A DNA stretch of 58,317 nt from a virus (IMGVR_UViG_3300002855_000234:1-58317); one strand, 5' to 3'; positions 1 through 9,436 are shown, numbered from the stretch's first letter. Translations and numbers: made by a program. The notes: generated by a model not told the origin, from the sequence alone.

Positions 1-1164
1 TTACGCCAGTTTCAAACCAGCCTGATTTTCTCCTTGTGTCGTATTTGTGTCATGGTTGCCAAAAATGGCATCAATTTTCCGTGCATGTTCGCTTAAATGG
101 TTCGGTGCCAGGTGAGCATAACGACGGACCATTTCGATCGACTCCCAGCCGCCCATTTCCTGAAGAACGGATAGCGGCACGCCGGACTGAATTAACCAGC
201 TCGCCCAGGTATGCCGGAGGTCGTGAAAACGGAAATCCTCAATACCCGCTTTTGCCAGGCCAATTCGCCAGGCGCTGTTATCGTCCACACGCATTTTCCT
301 GACGGCCGGAGTGACGGTTTTGTCCGGGCGCGTTGATGGCTTCGTGTGAACGAATACCCACCTGGAGCTTTTCCCGATCTGATCCCTTAACACCCTGCAT
401 GCGGTATCATTCAGAGCCACGCCGATAGCCTTGCCCGCCTTCGCGTTCTCTGGATTTACCCATGCAACCTTTCTCTGCATATCGACCTGCTGCCACTCCA
501 GATCAATGATGTTGGAGCGGCGCAGGCCGGTTGCCAGTGCAAATATCACCACCGGCTTTATCGACTCAGGCATGCAGGCAATTAACCGTTCTGCCTCGTC
601 CCTGGTCAGCCATCGGATGCGTTTGCTGATCGGCTTTTTGGTTTTTATAACCGGGGCTGTTTTAATCCAGCCCCAGTCATTAGCCGCAGCCTTGAACAGA
701 GATCGCATGAACGAAAGGTGCTGGCTCTTTGTGGCCTGGCTTACCGGTTTCTCAACATACGGAGGCGGTTCCTTTCCCCGCCGTATAGCCGCGTCCCGGC
801 GCGACTCCCACACCTGAATATGCTTGCGGTGGACCATCTTCGAAACAGCTTCATGAACCTGATCAGCCGTGATGGTTGAAATATCCCGGCCGGAGAAATG
901 CCGTAGGAAATATTCGATTTTGGTCTTATCGTCATCGAGTGACCGCTTATGCTCCTTCTCGCGGATCCACCTGATGCAACATTCCTCAAACGTCCTCGTC
1001 GGCAGTTCCCCGATTTTATCAACCCGCCACGCTTCAGCCTTCAGCTTGTCGTGCAACTCCTGCGCTTGTTTCTTGTCCCCCGTACCAAGAGATCGTCTAA
1101 TTCTTTTCCCTGACGGCGTAACGAAATGACAGTGCCAGACGCCGCCTCTGAGGGTGATTGACAT
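1..1164 (-). CDS. int: Tyrosine integrase, P22/DLP12 IntD family
   Basis: [18 protein letters not shown] and VRRYAHL catalytic motifs; strongly resembles DLP12 IntD, which targets argU. Confidence 0.97.
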   Translation of the reverse strand: MSITLRGGVWHCHFVTPSGKRIRRSLGTGDKKQAQELHDKLKAEAWRVDKIGELPTRTFEECCIRWIREKEHKRSLDDDKTKIEYFLRHFSGRDISTITADQVHEAVSKMVHRKHIQVWESRRDAAIRRGKEPPPYVEKPVSQATKSQHLSFMRSLFKAAANDWGWIKTAPVIKTKKPISKRIRWLTRDEAERLIACMPESIKPVVIFALATGLRRSNIIDLEWQQVDMQRKVAWVNPENAKAGKAIGVALNDTACRVLRDQIGKSSRWVFVHTKPSTRPDKTVTPAVRKMRVDDNSAWRIGLAKAGIEDFRFHDLRHTWASWLIQSGVPLSVLQEMGGWESIEMVRRYAHLAPNHLSEHARKIDAIFGNHDTNTTQGENQAGLKLA

Positions 1165-1376
1165 AAAATTTCTCCTTTATGTTCACCCGCGCTCGCGGAA
1201 ACAGGATCGCGCGGGTCATGTAAATACGCAATACAGGCGACGTCGGTCGTTCGGTATTTGTTACCGATCTTCTTCCCGGCCAGCTGTCCCGAGTCGATAA
1301 GTCGGTAGACAGTTCTCGGTGAGACTTTCAGGAGTTTCGCTGCCTTTTGCGCAGTGAGTGGCTCTGCTGTAACCAT
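1041..1376 (-). CDS. xis: Excisionase (HTH), overlapping int
   Basis: [24 protein letters not shown]; P22-like xis/int overlap. Confidence 0.85.
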   Translation of the reverse strand: MVTAEPLTAQKAAKLLKVSPRTVYRLIDSGQLAGKKIGNKYRTTDVACIAYLHDPRDPVSASAGEHKGEILCQSPSEAASGTVISLRRQGKELDDLLVRGTRNKRRSCTTS

Positions 1377-1384
1377 CTCTCCTC

Positions 1385-1585
1385 CTATGACATTGTTTTA
1401 TAAAACTGCGGGCAGTCGGGTGTGGCAGCGCGTAATTCGTTTTCCGCGTGCACTGAATAATTGCCGTCATCCCATCGCACCCAGGCTTTCGGGTGGACGC
1501 CTTCCGGTTCCAGTTGGCTATCCACCACGCCATGTATACCGCCGTTCTTCTTCTGGACTAATGCGCCCACATTAAAAGCAGCCAT
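1385..1585 (-). CDS. Small hypothetical phage protein (66 aa)
   Basis: ATG at 1585 after GAAGGTG; MAAFNVGALVQKK, SH3-like pattern. Confidence 0.7.
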   Translation of the reverse strand: MAAFNVGALVQKKNGGIHGVVDSQLEPEGVHPKAWVRWDDGNYSVHAENELRAATPDCPQFYKTMS

Positions 1586-1674
1586 TGCACACCTTCCGGT
1601 TCGTTTAGAAATGAGATGAGAGCGTCCAGCGCCGTAATGCCGGCGATGGTCCAGATGACGGGTGTTGAGTGCAT
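1558..1674 (-). CDS. 38-aa hydrophobic peptide
   Basis: GGAG RBS; MHSTPVIWTIAGITALDALISFLNEPEGVQWLLLMWAH; fills operon gap; read manually. Confidence 0.5.
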   Translation of the reverse strand: MHSTPVIWTIAGITALDALISFLNEPEGVQWLLLMWAH

Positions 1675-1688
1675 GGTCACTCCGGTGG

Positions 1689-2546
1689 TTAAACGAAGCA
1701 CTGACCGCTGTCGCAGAACTGGATGAGGTCCATCTGCGAGTTTTTGCCGCCACTTGGTTTCAGTGGAGCTTCAGCCAGAGGTACGCCGTATTTGGTAAGC
1801 CAGAGATGAGGCCAAAGTTTCTGAATCTCCTTTTCATGTGCGCATGCCCGGGCAAAGTCTTCTGGCACGTTGTTCTTCATGAAAAGCCAGAGATCGTCAT
1901 CGCGGTTCGGGCACATCCAGCAGAGGGACGCAGGTGGAGTCGGGAGTCCGTAATCCTCAACGCACTGAATAGCCATCTGCTTGGTCATCATCATTTCTAT
2001 AAGCGGATAACGACGTTGCCATTTTCCTGGTGGAAACTTAGCCCGCCGCTGAGCTTCTTCAATACTGATACCAAGCCAGGTATCAACGCCGCGTTCGGTA
2101 AGATACTTCTCGCCATAGCGCTCATTCAGGAAACGATGAATAACCTCTGTCTTCCATTTGATGGAGCAGAAGGCTGGTTGCTTGCCTGAACACTGACCTC
2201 TACTATCCCTGCCTTCGTATTCTGTGAAGTATCCGGGAAGCGGGGCGTCTTCATCAGATCCAATAAGGTCGTAGGTTGCATACTTGCTCTTGGGGATGAT
2301 GTGGTACTCAACTCCCATTTCATCGCACAACGGGGCGATGTACTGGCGCTGATACTCGAACACGTTGCTGGCCTCTCGCTCTGTGTCAGACATAACGATG
2401 ATGTCGGGCTTTGGGAGTACTCCAGCGTGAATAAGACATATGATCGCATTGCTTTGCGTGCCCCCCCCTGACGAAAGAACGTTGAAGCGATCAGGGCGGT
2501 GATTGAATTGTTTCTGAGGTATAAAATTCTTGGTAAACCCTGGCAT
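1689..2546 (-). CDS. PAPS-reductase-like PP-loop protein
   Basis: SSGGGTQS PP-loop, DT motif, CSIKWK and CWMCP cysteines; GGAGG RBS. Confidence 0.75.
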   Translation of the reverse strand: MPGFTKNFIPQKQFNHRPDRFNVLSSGGGTQSNAIICLIHAGVLPKPDIIVMSDTEREASNVFEYQRQYIAPLCDEMGVEYHIIPKSKYATYDLIGSDEDAPLPGYFTEYEGRDSRGQCSGKQPAFCSIKWKTEVIHRFLNERYGEKYLTERGVDTWLGISIEEAQRRAKFPPGKWQRRYPLIEMMMTKQMAIQCVEDYGLPTPPASLCWMCPNRDDDLWLFMKNNVPEDFARACAHEKEIQKLWPHLWLTKYGVPLAEAPLKPSGGKNSQMDLIQFCDSGQCFV

Positions 2547-2656
2547 GGTAACCTCCGGGCAAAAAGAAGCCGCCCGTAGGCGGCAATAACATCAAGGGAT
2601 TTACGAGGCAGTGCTTTCGCACCCAATAGCCAGCTCATAACTGGCTATCAGTTGCG

Positions 2657-3409
2657 TCAACCTGGAATGACCACGATGACGGTATTTACCATTGTTCCAG
2701 ATGATTTAAATGCACCTTCAGGCAGTTCTTCGATATGGCCGCCGCGTTCCTCGATGAGTTGGCGGAAATCAGTTGTCAGTTTGTTGCTGCGAAACGTCAC
2801 AGATGAAGCCATTACAGATACAAGTAGGCCACCCGGCTTAAGGAATTTCAGTGCGTGAGAAACGTGCTTGATGTCCGCCTGTCGGCCGAAAGGAGGATTC
2901 ATGACCACGCGGTCATAAACCTGATCTGGCTCGACAGTTAGGAAGTCAGTCGGCTTACCGATACCTGAAAGCCGGAGATTGAGGCCGTGAAGAATGTCGT
3001 TGTTCGCTGGCATCAATTCATACATATCAATCATTACATCTGCTGCTGCGCTATGAGCTGCTTTAGCAATAGCACCTTGCCCGGCGCTCGGTTCGAGAAC
3101 GCACATCCCATCCCGGATATCTGCTAAGTGAATAACATGTCTTACAACGGTAGGCGGGGTAGGAAAGAACTCAAAATCATCCTTTGGCACTACGACGTCA
3201 CCGGTAAGAATAATTTGCTCAATGCGGTCGGAAGCATCGGTATCAAAAATGTGCGCTTTGGCTTTGCGGTTCCATTTTCCTCCCGCTGCCTCCAGCACTT
3301 TATTTGTTCTGGTGTAGAGGTTGCGATCAAGCTGTCCAGTAAGAAAGAGCTGTGGACCATTACACTCAGCTGCGCTCAGTACGTTCAAAACTTCATTATC
3401 TACTCGCAT
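2657..3409 (-). CDS. SAM-dependent DNA amino-methyltransferase
   Basis: FFPTP, LEPSAGQG (motif I), NPPF (motif IV). Confidence 0.88.
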   Translation of the reverse strand: MRVDNEVLNVLSAAECNGPQLFLTGQLDRNLYTRTNKVLEAAGGKWNRKAKAHIFDTDASDRIEQIILTGDVVVPKDDFEFFPTPPTVVRHVIHLADIRDGMCVLEPSAGQGAIAKAAHSAAADVMIDMYELMPANNDILHGLNLRLSGIGKPTDFLTVEPDQVYDRVVMNPPFGRQADIKHVSHALKFLKPGGLLVSVMASSVTFRSNKLTTDFRQLIEERGGHIEELPEGAFKSSGTMVNTVIVVIPG

Positions 3410-3489
3410 TCGTTAATCTCCGGGCGTAAAAAAAGCCCTGATGGGCCTATGTCGATGTTCATGCCGCACGCTGGGCGCACAGCGTAAAA

Positions 3490-3831
3490 TTACTTCCGCC
3501 AGGCGAAGCTAATCGGCTCCGGTGTAATCCACAGGTGGCGCATGTTTGCCACGTTCACCACATCAGAATTCCGCGGGTAAATCTCCACGGCATCCCGATC
3601 CCCATATCCAACGGCTGACTTTATCTCCTGCAACGCATCCCAGCTGATGCCATCCTTCCACCGGCCTGAACTGCCAATGCTGGTGGTGTTCACCGTCAGG
3701 CGGATAACGCCTTCGTCTTCCTGAAACTCCTGAACAAGAAAGTAAGAGTTAGCCCACACGTTGCTCCGCTTGGGGTCGTGGCATCGTACCGGCCACTGCG
3801 ATTCCGGTACCGGCTTGAGTATTCCGATCAC
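3490..3831 (-). CDS. Conserved hypothetical phage protein
   Basis: 113-aa ORF with AGGAG RBS; WDALQEIK...VVNVANMRHLW pattern. Confidence 0.7.
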   Translation of the reverse strand: MIGILKPVPESQWPVRCHDPKRSNVWANSYFLVQEFQEDEGVIRLTVNTTSIGSSGRWKDGISWDALQEIKSAVGYGDRDAVEIYPRNSDVVNVANMRHLWITPEPISFAWRK

Positions 3832-4063
3832 GTCTCATGCTCCTTAATTTTTTAATGTGCTCGCTCGCCTCCAGTTCGGCGCGTATCTGTGCCGCCTCAC
3901 GGTGATCGAGGTGCTCAAAATCATTGTTGAATCGGTCGATTGAAGCGGTGTTGATCCGGCCCTGTCGCCAGTAGCGGACTATCTGTGATGTGCAGCTGTG
4001 GATGATGACGGGCCAGCCATGCTGGTCAGCGTAAATCTGACCCCGTTGAATTAGCTGGAACAT
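3749..4063 (-). CDS. DUF4222-like phage protein
   Basis: GQIYADQHGWPVII pattern; 3' end overlaps next gene. Confidence 0.55.
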   Translation of the reverse strand: MFQLIQRGQIYADQHGWPVIIHSCTSQIVRYWRQGRINTASIDRFNNDFEHLDHREAAQIRAELEASEHIKKLRSMRRDRNTQAGTGIAVAGTMPRPQAEQRVG

Positions 4064-4481
4064 TTTGTTGTACCACCGGTATTGAAAGGTCAATACACCA
4101 GGAAATCAGTGAAACTTCATCTTCTGATTCCGGCTCACCGTAAACGTAGCTTTTAGCTCCAGGTCTGCCTTTTACGGGGTCGAAAACTTCAACTCCCCGA
4201 TCCGACGTCAGCGAGATGAGAATCTGATGTAGCCCACCAGTTATGTTTAGTGATGGAACCGTAAGGAAATAAATAAAACCATAAAGCAATTCAGCCTTGC
4301 GCTGGCTGCCATAGAAATACGGGATTTTGTAATAATCCAGCGCATCGTCGAGCCAGTCTGTTTTGTCGTGGAATGCCTGATGCCAACGAGCCACAACTTC
4401 TTCGACTGGCTGACCGGCAACCATAGCTACGCATGTCGCCATGCAGGTATTGAAGGTCGGTTGTTGTTGATGCTGCAACAT
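4026..4481 (-). CDS. Peptidase C39-like (papain-fold) protein
   Basis: QQPTFNTCMATCVAMV (Q..C), LHQILI (H), VFDP (D). Confidence 0.6.
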   Translation of the reverse strand: MLQHQQQPTFNTCMATCVAMVAGQPVEEVVARWHQAFHDKTDWLDDALDYYKIPYFYGSQRKAELLYGFIYFLTVPSLNITGGLHQILISLTSDRGVEVFDPVKGRPGAKSYVYGEPESEDEVSLISWCIDLSIPVVQQNVPANSTGSDLR

Positions 4482-4702
4482 TACTGCCCCCTCTGCTTAT
4501 TTCTCAACTCGATAACACTCTGGCATTCCGCGCACGTCTGGCAGCCGGGAACGGCATCGCGCCGCGGCTCGGGAATCGGGTCGTCGCATTCTTCACAACG
4601 CTCAGCTGATACGGCGTTGCGGTTGAGGCGGTGAGCGGCAATAGCCATGTCGATGCGCTGCTGTGTAAGCTCGTTGGCTTGGTCGATGATTTCAGCGGTC
4701 AT
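4481..4702 (-). CDS. TraR/DksA C4 zinc-finger protein
   Basis: EIIDQA...CEEC..IPEPRR.AVPGCQTCAECQ. Confidence 0.9.
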   Translation of the reverse strand: MTAEIIDQANELTQQRIDMAIAAHRLNRNAVSAERCEECDDPIPEPRRDAVPGCQTCAECQSVIELRNKQRGQ

Positions 4703-4946
4703 GAGAATCTCTCTTGATATATGCGATAGGGATGTAAGTGCATTCATATCCAGATGACAGGAGGTCGGCATAAACTGTATCGACTACGCGCTTATCTCGG
4801 TTGCACTGGTGAGTGCCACCGCGCTTTGATTTAAAGTACATCCCATCTTTCGTAAGCCAGTAGTTGTCCAGCAAGATTTCAGCGCCATTTCGCGGAGTTT
4901 TTATATATGACAGAGGAAAAGGCTTAATGAATTTTTCCATGCTCAT
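4692..4946 (-). CDS. Hypothetical protein
   Basis: ORF coupled to both neighbours, AT-rich. Confidence 0.6.
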   Translation of the reverse strand: MSMEKFIKPFPLSYIKTPRNGAEILLDNYWLTKDGMYFKSKRGGTHQCNRDKRVVDTVYADLLSSGYECTYIPIAYIKRDSHDR

Positions 4947-4948
4947 AA

Positions 4949-5041
4949 TCAATGCTCCCGGAACTGTCGGTTAATTCGGTTGATGGTGAACGCCAGCAAT
5001 AAAAAGGGAGCCTTAAGCTCCCGGGTGATTAGTGCCTTCAT
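4949..5041 (-). CDS. 30-aa peptide spanning an intrinsic terminator
   Basis: MKALITRELKAPFLLLAFTINRINRQFREH; overlaps both neighbours; read manually. Confidence 0.5.
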   Translation of the reverse strand: MKALITRELKAPFLLLAFTINRINRQFREH

Positions 5042-5229
5042 GTTGCACCGCCTTCATTCTTCTCGGCTTCGACAGCCATCTGCTCAAGCCGTCGCGATAA
5101 CTCTGTGGCCAGCGTCTGGAATTCTTCCTCGGTCTCCACCGGGATCGGCACAAAGCGAATCCCGATGTGTGCGAGGTGGTTGGCGATTTCGAGGCTTTTT
5201 CTCAAATCAACGGGTGAGGCTCTGTTCAT
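5038..5229 (-). CDS. DUF1382-family protein
   Basis: MNRASPVDLRKSLEIAN...GIRFVPIP. Confidence 0.75.
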   Translation of the reverse strand: MNRASPVDLRKSLEIANHLAHIGIRFVPIPVETEEEFQTLATELSRRLEQMAVEAEKNEGGAT

Positions 5230-5837
5230 GCAGCACGCTCCGCCATAATTTCGGCCTTCTGCTCGTCGTTGAGCATGTCGTCTGAGACGATCGCCACTCG
5301 GTTGCTTGCGCTCCACGATACTGGAGCACTTTCTTTCAGCGCCTTATTCAGCGCCTCAGCAGCATCACGCACAGCTTGCGGCAAGCAGTAATAGTCTTCA
5401 CCATCAGGCAGTATCTCTTCGCAGTGCTGTTCCAGGTCGAACTCCGGAGGGTAGTTAGGTTCGCAGATCATTAACTGCAACTCGCTCGGCAGCAGGGAGT
5501 GCTCATAGCAATAGTCAGCCAGCGATTCAGCGTCAAAAAAGTACTGGTCATCATCAAAGATAACGAGCGGCTCTCCGGCCCATACCGCGCGATCAAAGGT
5601 AGCGAACTTCGCCTGGCGGCTTTCGCGGTGGCATTCTTCGCAATAGCCATTAGTGCTATGAATGGGGTGCTCGTCAGGTTTGTTTTTGCACTTACGATGA
5701 GTGGCACCGCACCAACGCGCCCGGTGCTCGTCACTGCCCCAGAAACGACCTTGACGGTCTACCCAACCAGTTACAGTCTGGATGCTGGCCGCTTCATCGC
5801 TATCCATCATCACGATTTTTTCAGTTTTCATATTCAT
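5226..5837 (-). CDS. Conserved hypothetical phage protein
   Basis: 203-aa Cys-rich ORF with ATGA overlaps. Confidence 0.75.
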   Translation of the reverse strand: MNMKTEKIVMMDSDEAASIQTVTGWVDRQGRFWGSDEHRARWCGATHRKCKNKPDEHPIHSTNGYCEECHRESRQAKFATFDRAVWAGEPLVIFDDDQYFFDAESLADYCYEHSLLPSELQLMICEPNYPPEFDLEQHCEEILPDGEDYYCLPQAVRDAAEALNKALKESAPVSWSASNRVAIVSDDMLNDEQKAEIMAERAA

Positions 5838-6052
5838 TGTTCTGCTCCGAAGCGGCGATTAAGCCGACCTGTGTAAACGACGAACTCCAGGAGGCTAACT
5901 CCCAGAGCTTCAATTTTCTTGTGATGCTTGATGATGATGGGAGGCACAGTTTCGTTCCAGTTAGGCTTTGGCTTCTTGCGCATGGCCTGCTGGATTTCCT
6001 CGGTGCAGCGGCGGCAGGCGGAGCGGATGGCGTTGTCTTTTTCTGGCGTCAT
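5834..6052 (-). CDS. Hypothetical phage protein
   Basis: 72-aa ORF with ATGA overlaps. Confidence 0.7.
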   Translation of the reverse strand: MTPEKDNAIRSACRRCTEEIQQAMRKKPKPNWNETVPPIIIKHHKKIEALGVSLLEFVVYTGRLNRRFGAEQ

Positions 6053-6543
6053 GACTTGGCCCCATGATTTGCAAATTCTCCATGGACTTGCTCGCGAAGT
6101 GCCCTGATTGCCACTTCAGCATCTGCAATTTCCTTGAAGTGTCCGGCAGTGAAATACTTGCCGTTAATAATCACCCTGGCGCGCCACCGCTTACGCTGCT
6201 TATCCCAATTAACCCCTTTCACGCCACTCGTGTTATTGCTGCGCAGTGGCATATTTAGTTGATTAAGTTGGTGGGTGACTTCACGTAGGTTGCTGATGGA
6301 GTTGTTGAGCTTGTTATTGTCGATATGGTCAATCTCTTTGGGCCAAACCCCATAACAGAAGAACCAAGCTAGCCGATGGGCGAGATAACACTTCTTGCCG
6401 CAAGCTATTCGCCAGTAACCCTTGTTGTGCATCCTGCCGATCGGGTTTCCACTTTTCCTTCCAAAGAACTGACCAGTTAATTTGTTGTATGCAAGGCCGG
6501 GAAACTCGTCGTTATAAATAAGCTGATCAATACCTTCTGTCAT
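6049..6543 (-). CDS. HNH-AP2 homing-endonuclease-like protein
   Basis: AHRLAW, IDHIDNNKLNNSISNLR (HNH_3), NTSGVKGV.W...WRARV (AP2). Confidence 0.88.
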   Translation of the reverse strand: MTEGIDQLIYNDEFPGLAYNKLTGQFFGRKSGNPIGRMHNKGYWRIACGKKCYLAHRLAWFFCYGVWPKEIDHIDNNKLNNSISNLREVTHQLNQLNMPLRSNNTSGVKGVNWDKQRKRWRARVIINGKYFTAGHFKEIADAEVAIRALREQVHGEFANHGAKS

Positions 6544-7091
6544 GCAGCCTCCCGCCTAGCTAGTAGTTTTGTACCAAACTCCATCAACACATCTCGCTCA
6601 ACCGTAGTGAACTCGCAATGCGTTCGGGGGTATGGCCGCCAAATAATCAGGATGGATCCTTTGCTATTACCCGATACCGGCTTACCGGTGACCGGGTTGA
6701 TAAATGCCAGCCGCCCGGCTGTGATGAAGCGCACCTCGCTGGCGGTCTGGATAGCCTCTTTGAACCAGCCAACCGAAGTGTCTGCCGGTACCAGTATGAC
6801 TGTGCCGATCTGATTGAGGCTCTCGGCGGCGGCCTTCTTAACGAACGGCATGATGTCGCTGTATGGTGGGTTCAGCCAGACATAGCCAGGTACATTCAGG
6901 TAATCAGCCCACGGCGTTTCCAGCGTGTTCTGCTCGGCGGTGATGAACTTCCGGCACAGTGTGTTATGCGGCGCCGCGGCGGCATCAAGCTGGAAGCAGA
7001 ACTCAGCATCAAGGGAAGCGAAAAGGGCTGGTGGTGTGCGCCAGAGGTCTCGTTGATCCGCTGGCGTGTTGCTGCCGGTGTAATCAGTCAT
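6540..7091 (-). CDS. dam: Phage N6-adenine methyltransferase (phage Dam family)
   Basis: DLWRTP, FQLDAAA, WLNPPYS. Confidence 0.9.
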   Translation of the reverse strand: MTDYTGSNTPADQRDLWRTPPALFASLDAEFCFQLDAAAAPHNTLCRKFITAEQNTLETPWADYLNVPGYVWLNPPYSDIMPFVKKAAAESLNQIGTVILVPADTSVGWFKEAIQTASEVRFITAGRLAFINPVTGKPVSGNSKGSILIIWRPYPRTHCEFTTVERDVLMEFGTKLLARREAA

Positions 7092-7240
7092 GCCGCCTCC
7101 TGCCTTTCCTGATATTCCTCACCGAGCCGCTGCGCCTTTAATGGATTGCTGACCACTTCACCCCATGGCATTAGCCAGCCGTTACCAATGAAGGGAAGGC
7201 ACAGTGTGCCAACCCTGATGTCGTCGTGAGCGTGAGTCAT
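7088..7240 (-). CDS. DUF1317-family protein
   Basis: MTHAHDDIRVG...GWLMPWGEVVSNPLKAQRL. Confidence 0.75.
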   Translation of the reverse strand: MTHAHDDIRVGTLCLPFIGNGWLMPWGEVVSNPLKAQRLGEEYQERQEAA

Positions 7241-7665
7241 AGGATGGACTCCATTTCGTCGATGTATAGGCCCTGAGCAATCAGGCGGCGACGGCGTGCT
7301 GCACGCGCTATGCATTCCTGTCTTCTGCCTTCCTGCGATTGCTCAATGGCGCGCCGGGTGAATAGCCGTGATTTGCCCTGCGGCGTTACGACCTTTGGCT
7401 TCGTAACGAGGTCGAAAGCGCGGTCGCAGATGCCGTCCTCGTTGATCCATTTTTTCGACTCAACGATCTGCGCTATCTGTCCGGAGCCGCGGGTGATCCC
7501 GTTGGCGACCCGGTTAAACTCGATGAGCGTTACGCCGAATTTCTCAGCGATTTCGCTGCCACTTACTGGGCGGCCGCGCGTCTGAATCATCCAGATAACC
7601 CGTTCGCGGAGTCCTGAGAATTGCCCGGTTCGACCGGGCCTGCGGTAAAAGGGTGTGCGTTTCAT
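7237..7665 (-). CDS. Putative HTH regulator
   Basis: PVSGSEIAEKFGVTL HTH-like segment. Confidence 0.65.
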   Translation of the reverse strand: MKRTPFYRRPGRTGQFSGLRERVIWMIQTRGRPVSGSEIAEKFGVTLIEFNRVANGITRGSGQIAQIVESKKWINEDGICDRAFDLVTKPKVVTPQGKSRLFTRRAIEQSQEGRRQECIARAARRRRLIAQGLYIDEMESIL

Positions 7666-7673
7666 GGCGGCAC

Positions 7674-8156
7674 CTACTTAATAAGGAGTGAAGGTTTGCC
7701 GAGTTTTATTTGCGCGCCAGGTACATCCACGCCAGCTTCGATTTGGTGTTTGATAGCCAATTTGTCTGGCTTGATGCTCGTCTCGTATTCGACGAATTCA
7801 GGAGGAAGCGCGCTGGCATCTATAATCTCTACTGACTTGGAAGGTGCGCGAACCGTTACCTGATGAATGCCCGCCTTAAGTGATTTCTTCCCTGCCGTTT
7901 CGAGGGAAGTGGCCACATAATCTTTCATGCTCGACACACGGTTTTCTGCGGCTTTTGCGCGCTCTGCAAGACGCTTGCTTTCTTCTTTCAGCGCCTCGGC
8001 ATAAGCAGATTCGTTTTTGCAGACAGCAAGGATCTGCTCGACCTTTGCTTCCAGCTCCCACCCAATGCCATCAAGGGTGTCGGCTATCATTTCAGGCTCC
8101 ATGCCTGAATCAGTCAGCTTTGCGAAATCATTGGCGATCTGGTAAAGAGCTGTCAT
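7674..8156 (-). CDS. Siphovirus Gp157-family protein
   Basis: Coiled coil; PDKLAIK...GVDVPGAQI C-terminus; adjacent to recT. Confidence 0.85.
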   Translation of the reverse strand: MTALYQIANDFAKLTDSGMEPEMIADTLDGIGWELEAKVEQILAVCKNESAYAEALKEESKRLAERAKAAENRVSSMKDYVATSLETAGKKSLKAGIHQVTVRAPSKSVEIIDASALPPEFVEYETSIKPDKLAIKHQIEAGVDVPGAQIKLGKPSLLIK

Positions 8157-9067
8157 TGCGTAACCTCTTCGAATTTTGCTTTGCACTTGGCATAGACGGC
8201 CTGAACCTCTTGTTGAAGCTGCATTCCGACCGTCATTTTGTAAGCTGCCTGGAAGTGAGTTTTGAGAGCATGCATATTTTTCGCCTGCTTCATGTCCTCA
8301 CATAGTGACTGGATGGTATTGATAAGTTCCTGTTTTGCGTTTTCTTCCGACTGGATGATTTCGCTTTCAGGGGTGTAGGGCATAACTGGCTCCGTGTATA
8401 TGCCTTCGCTCTCGTTGAGCACATCGACGGCATTATCCAGTCGTTCGGCACGCGGCCAGTATTTATAGGCTCTCTTGACGATCGTCTTCCTGGCCATCTC
8501 AGACCAGAAGTTGACCCATGGGCCTTTTGGTGATGTTCCCGCTTTGCTCACTTTCCTGATTTCTTCTATCTCAGCGAGACTCATCTCTTCAGTCAGATAG
8601 TCGCCATCAGCGGTTTTAACTGTGCAGTAGCCACCGATAACGGCACCGCGATCGTCAGGTGTGGCAAATGGGTTGTATTTGTGAGCTGGCGCTTTATCGA
8701 GACCCAGCGTCTCGTAGTCGTCGCTTGCATGAACGAGCTTGCACTGACCCCACTTAATGACGCCAGCTGACTGGGCTATGTGCAGAAGGCCCATGTAGCT
8801 GATATCGAGGCAGACCATACCGTCGCGCGGAACCAGATAAGCCAGTTTGCTGGCGGGGTTCAGGCTTATGCCGACCGCTGCAACGTTGATAATCGCGTTC
8901 TGGGCACTGGTGGGGTTGGCTATCGCCGTTTCTGCCAGTTTTTGATTACGCTGGAACAACTGGATAGCGAACTGGCATTCCTTTGCCCATGTCAGAGACT
9001 GATCGGTAAGAGCACCGACAAACAGCGGCTCCTGCTCCTTAACGAACTGAATCAGATCGAAGCTCAT
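8153..9067 (-). CDS. recT: RecT-family ssDNA annealing recombinase
   Basis: LNPASKLAYLVP, ISYMGL, PW..FWSEMARKTIVKRA.K.WP. Confidence 0.9.
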   Translation of the reverse strand: MSFDLIQFVKEQEPLFVGALTDQSLTWAKECQFAIQLFQRNQKLAETAIANPTSAQNAIINVAAVGISLNPASKLAYLVPRDGMVCLDISYMGLLHIAQSAGVIKWGQCKLVHASDDYETLGLDKAPAHKYNPFATPDDRGAVIGGYCTVKTADGDYLTEEMSLAEIEEIRKVSKAGTSPKGPWVNFWSEMARKTIVKRAYKYWPRAERLDNAVDVLNESEGIYTEPVMPYTPESEIIQSEENAKQELINTIQSLCEDMKQAKNMHALKTHFQAAYKMTVGMQLQQEVQAVYAKCKAKFEEVTQ

Positions 9068-9076
9068 AATCACTCC

Positions 9077-9358
9077 TTAAAACGGGCAGGTTGGATGAAG
9101 GCGATCCCACTCTTCTTCTGCACGGTCGTAGCAAAGGCGAGTGATATAGTCGTTGTAATGCTCAACTGCTTTATCACCGGTTAGCGCAAGAGTGGCTGCT
9201 GCTGGGAGGAAGAGGGAGCGCATTGAAAGAGGGTCTTTCGGGAACATGGCGATCAACTCTTTCGCTCGGTCGTCGATCCACTTCTCTTTCTCGTCGGTGA
9301 GCTGCTGCTCAACCCAGCGCCGATCTTCGATGCGGTCGTAAGTGAGGTATGCGTTCAT
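9077..9358 (-). CDS. Probable Gam-like host nuclease inhibitor
   Basis: MNAYLTYDRIE resembles the lambda Gam N-terminus; lies upstream of the recombinase. Confidence 0.5.
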   Translation of the reverse strand: MNAYLTYDRIEDRRWVEQQLTDEKEKWIDDRAKELIAMFPKDPLSMRSLFLPAAATLALTGDKAVEHYNDYITRLCYDRAEEEWDRLHPTCPF

Positions 9359-9436
9359 GTCTGAACTCCTGAAATTTGGATGTGCAAATCTCGCCCGCGT
9401 AATGCCAGGCCGATCGGTTGAATAGGGTGGTTGGTA

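Noticed and set aside
2461-2468. G8 tract in the PAPS-like gene as a phase-variation site
   Set aside because: Encodes glycines of the PP-loop and is in frame; length is borderline
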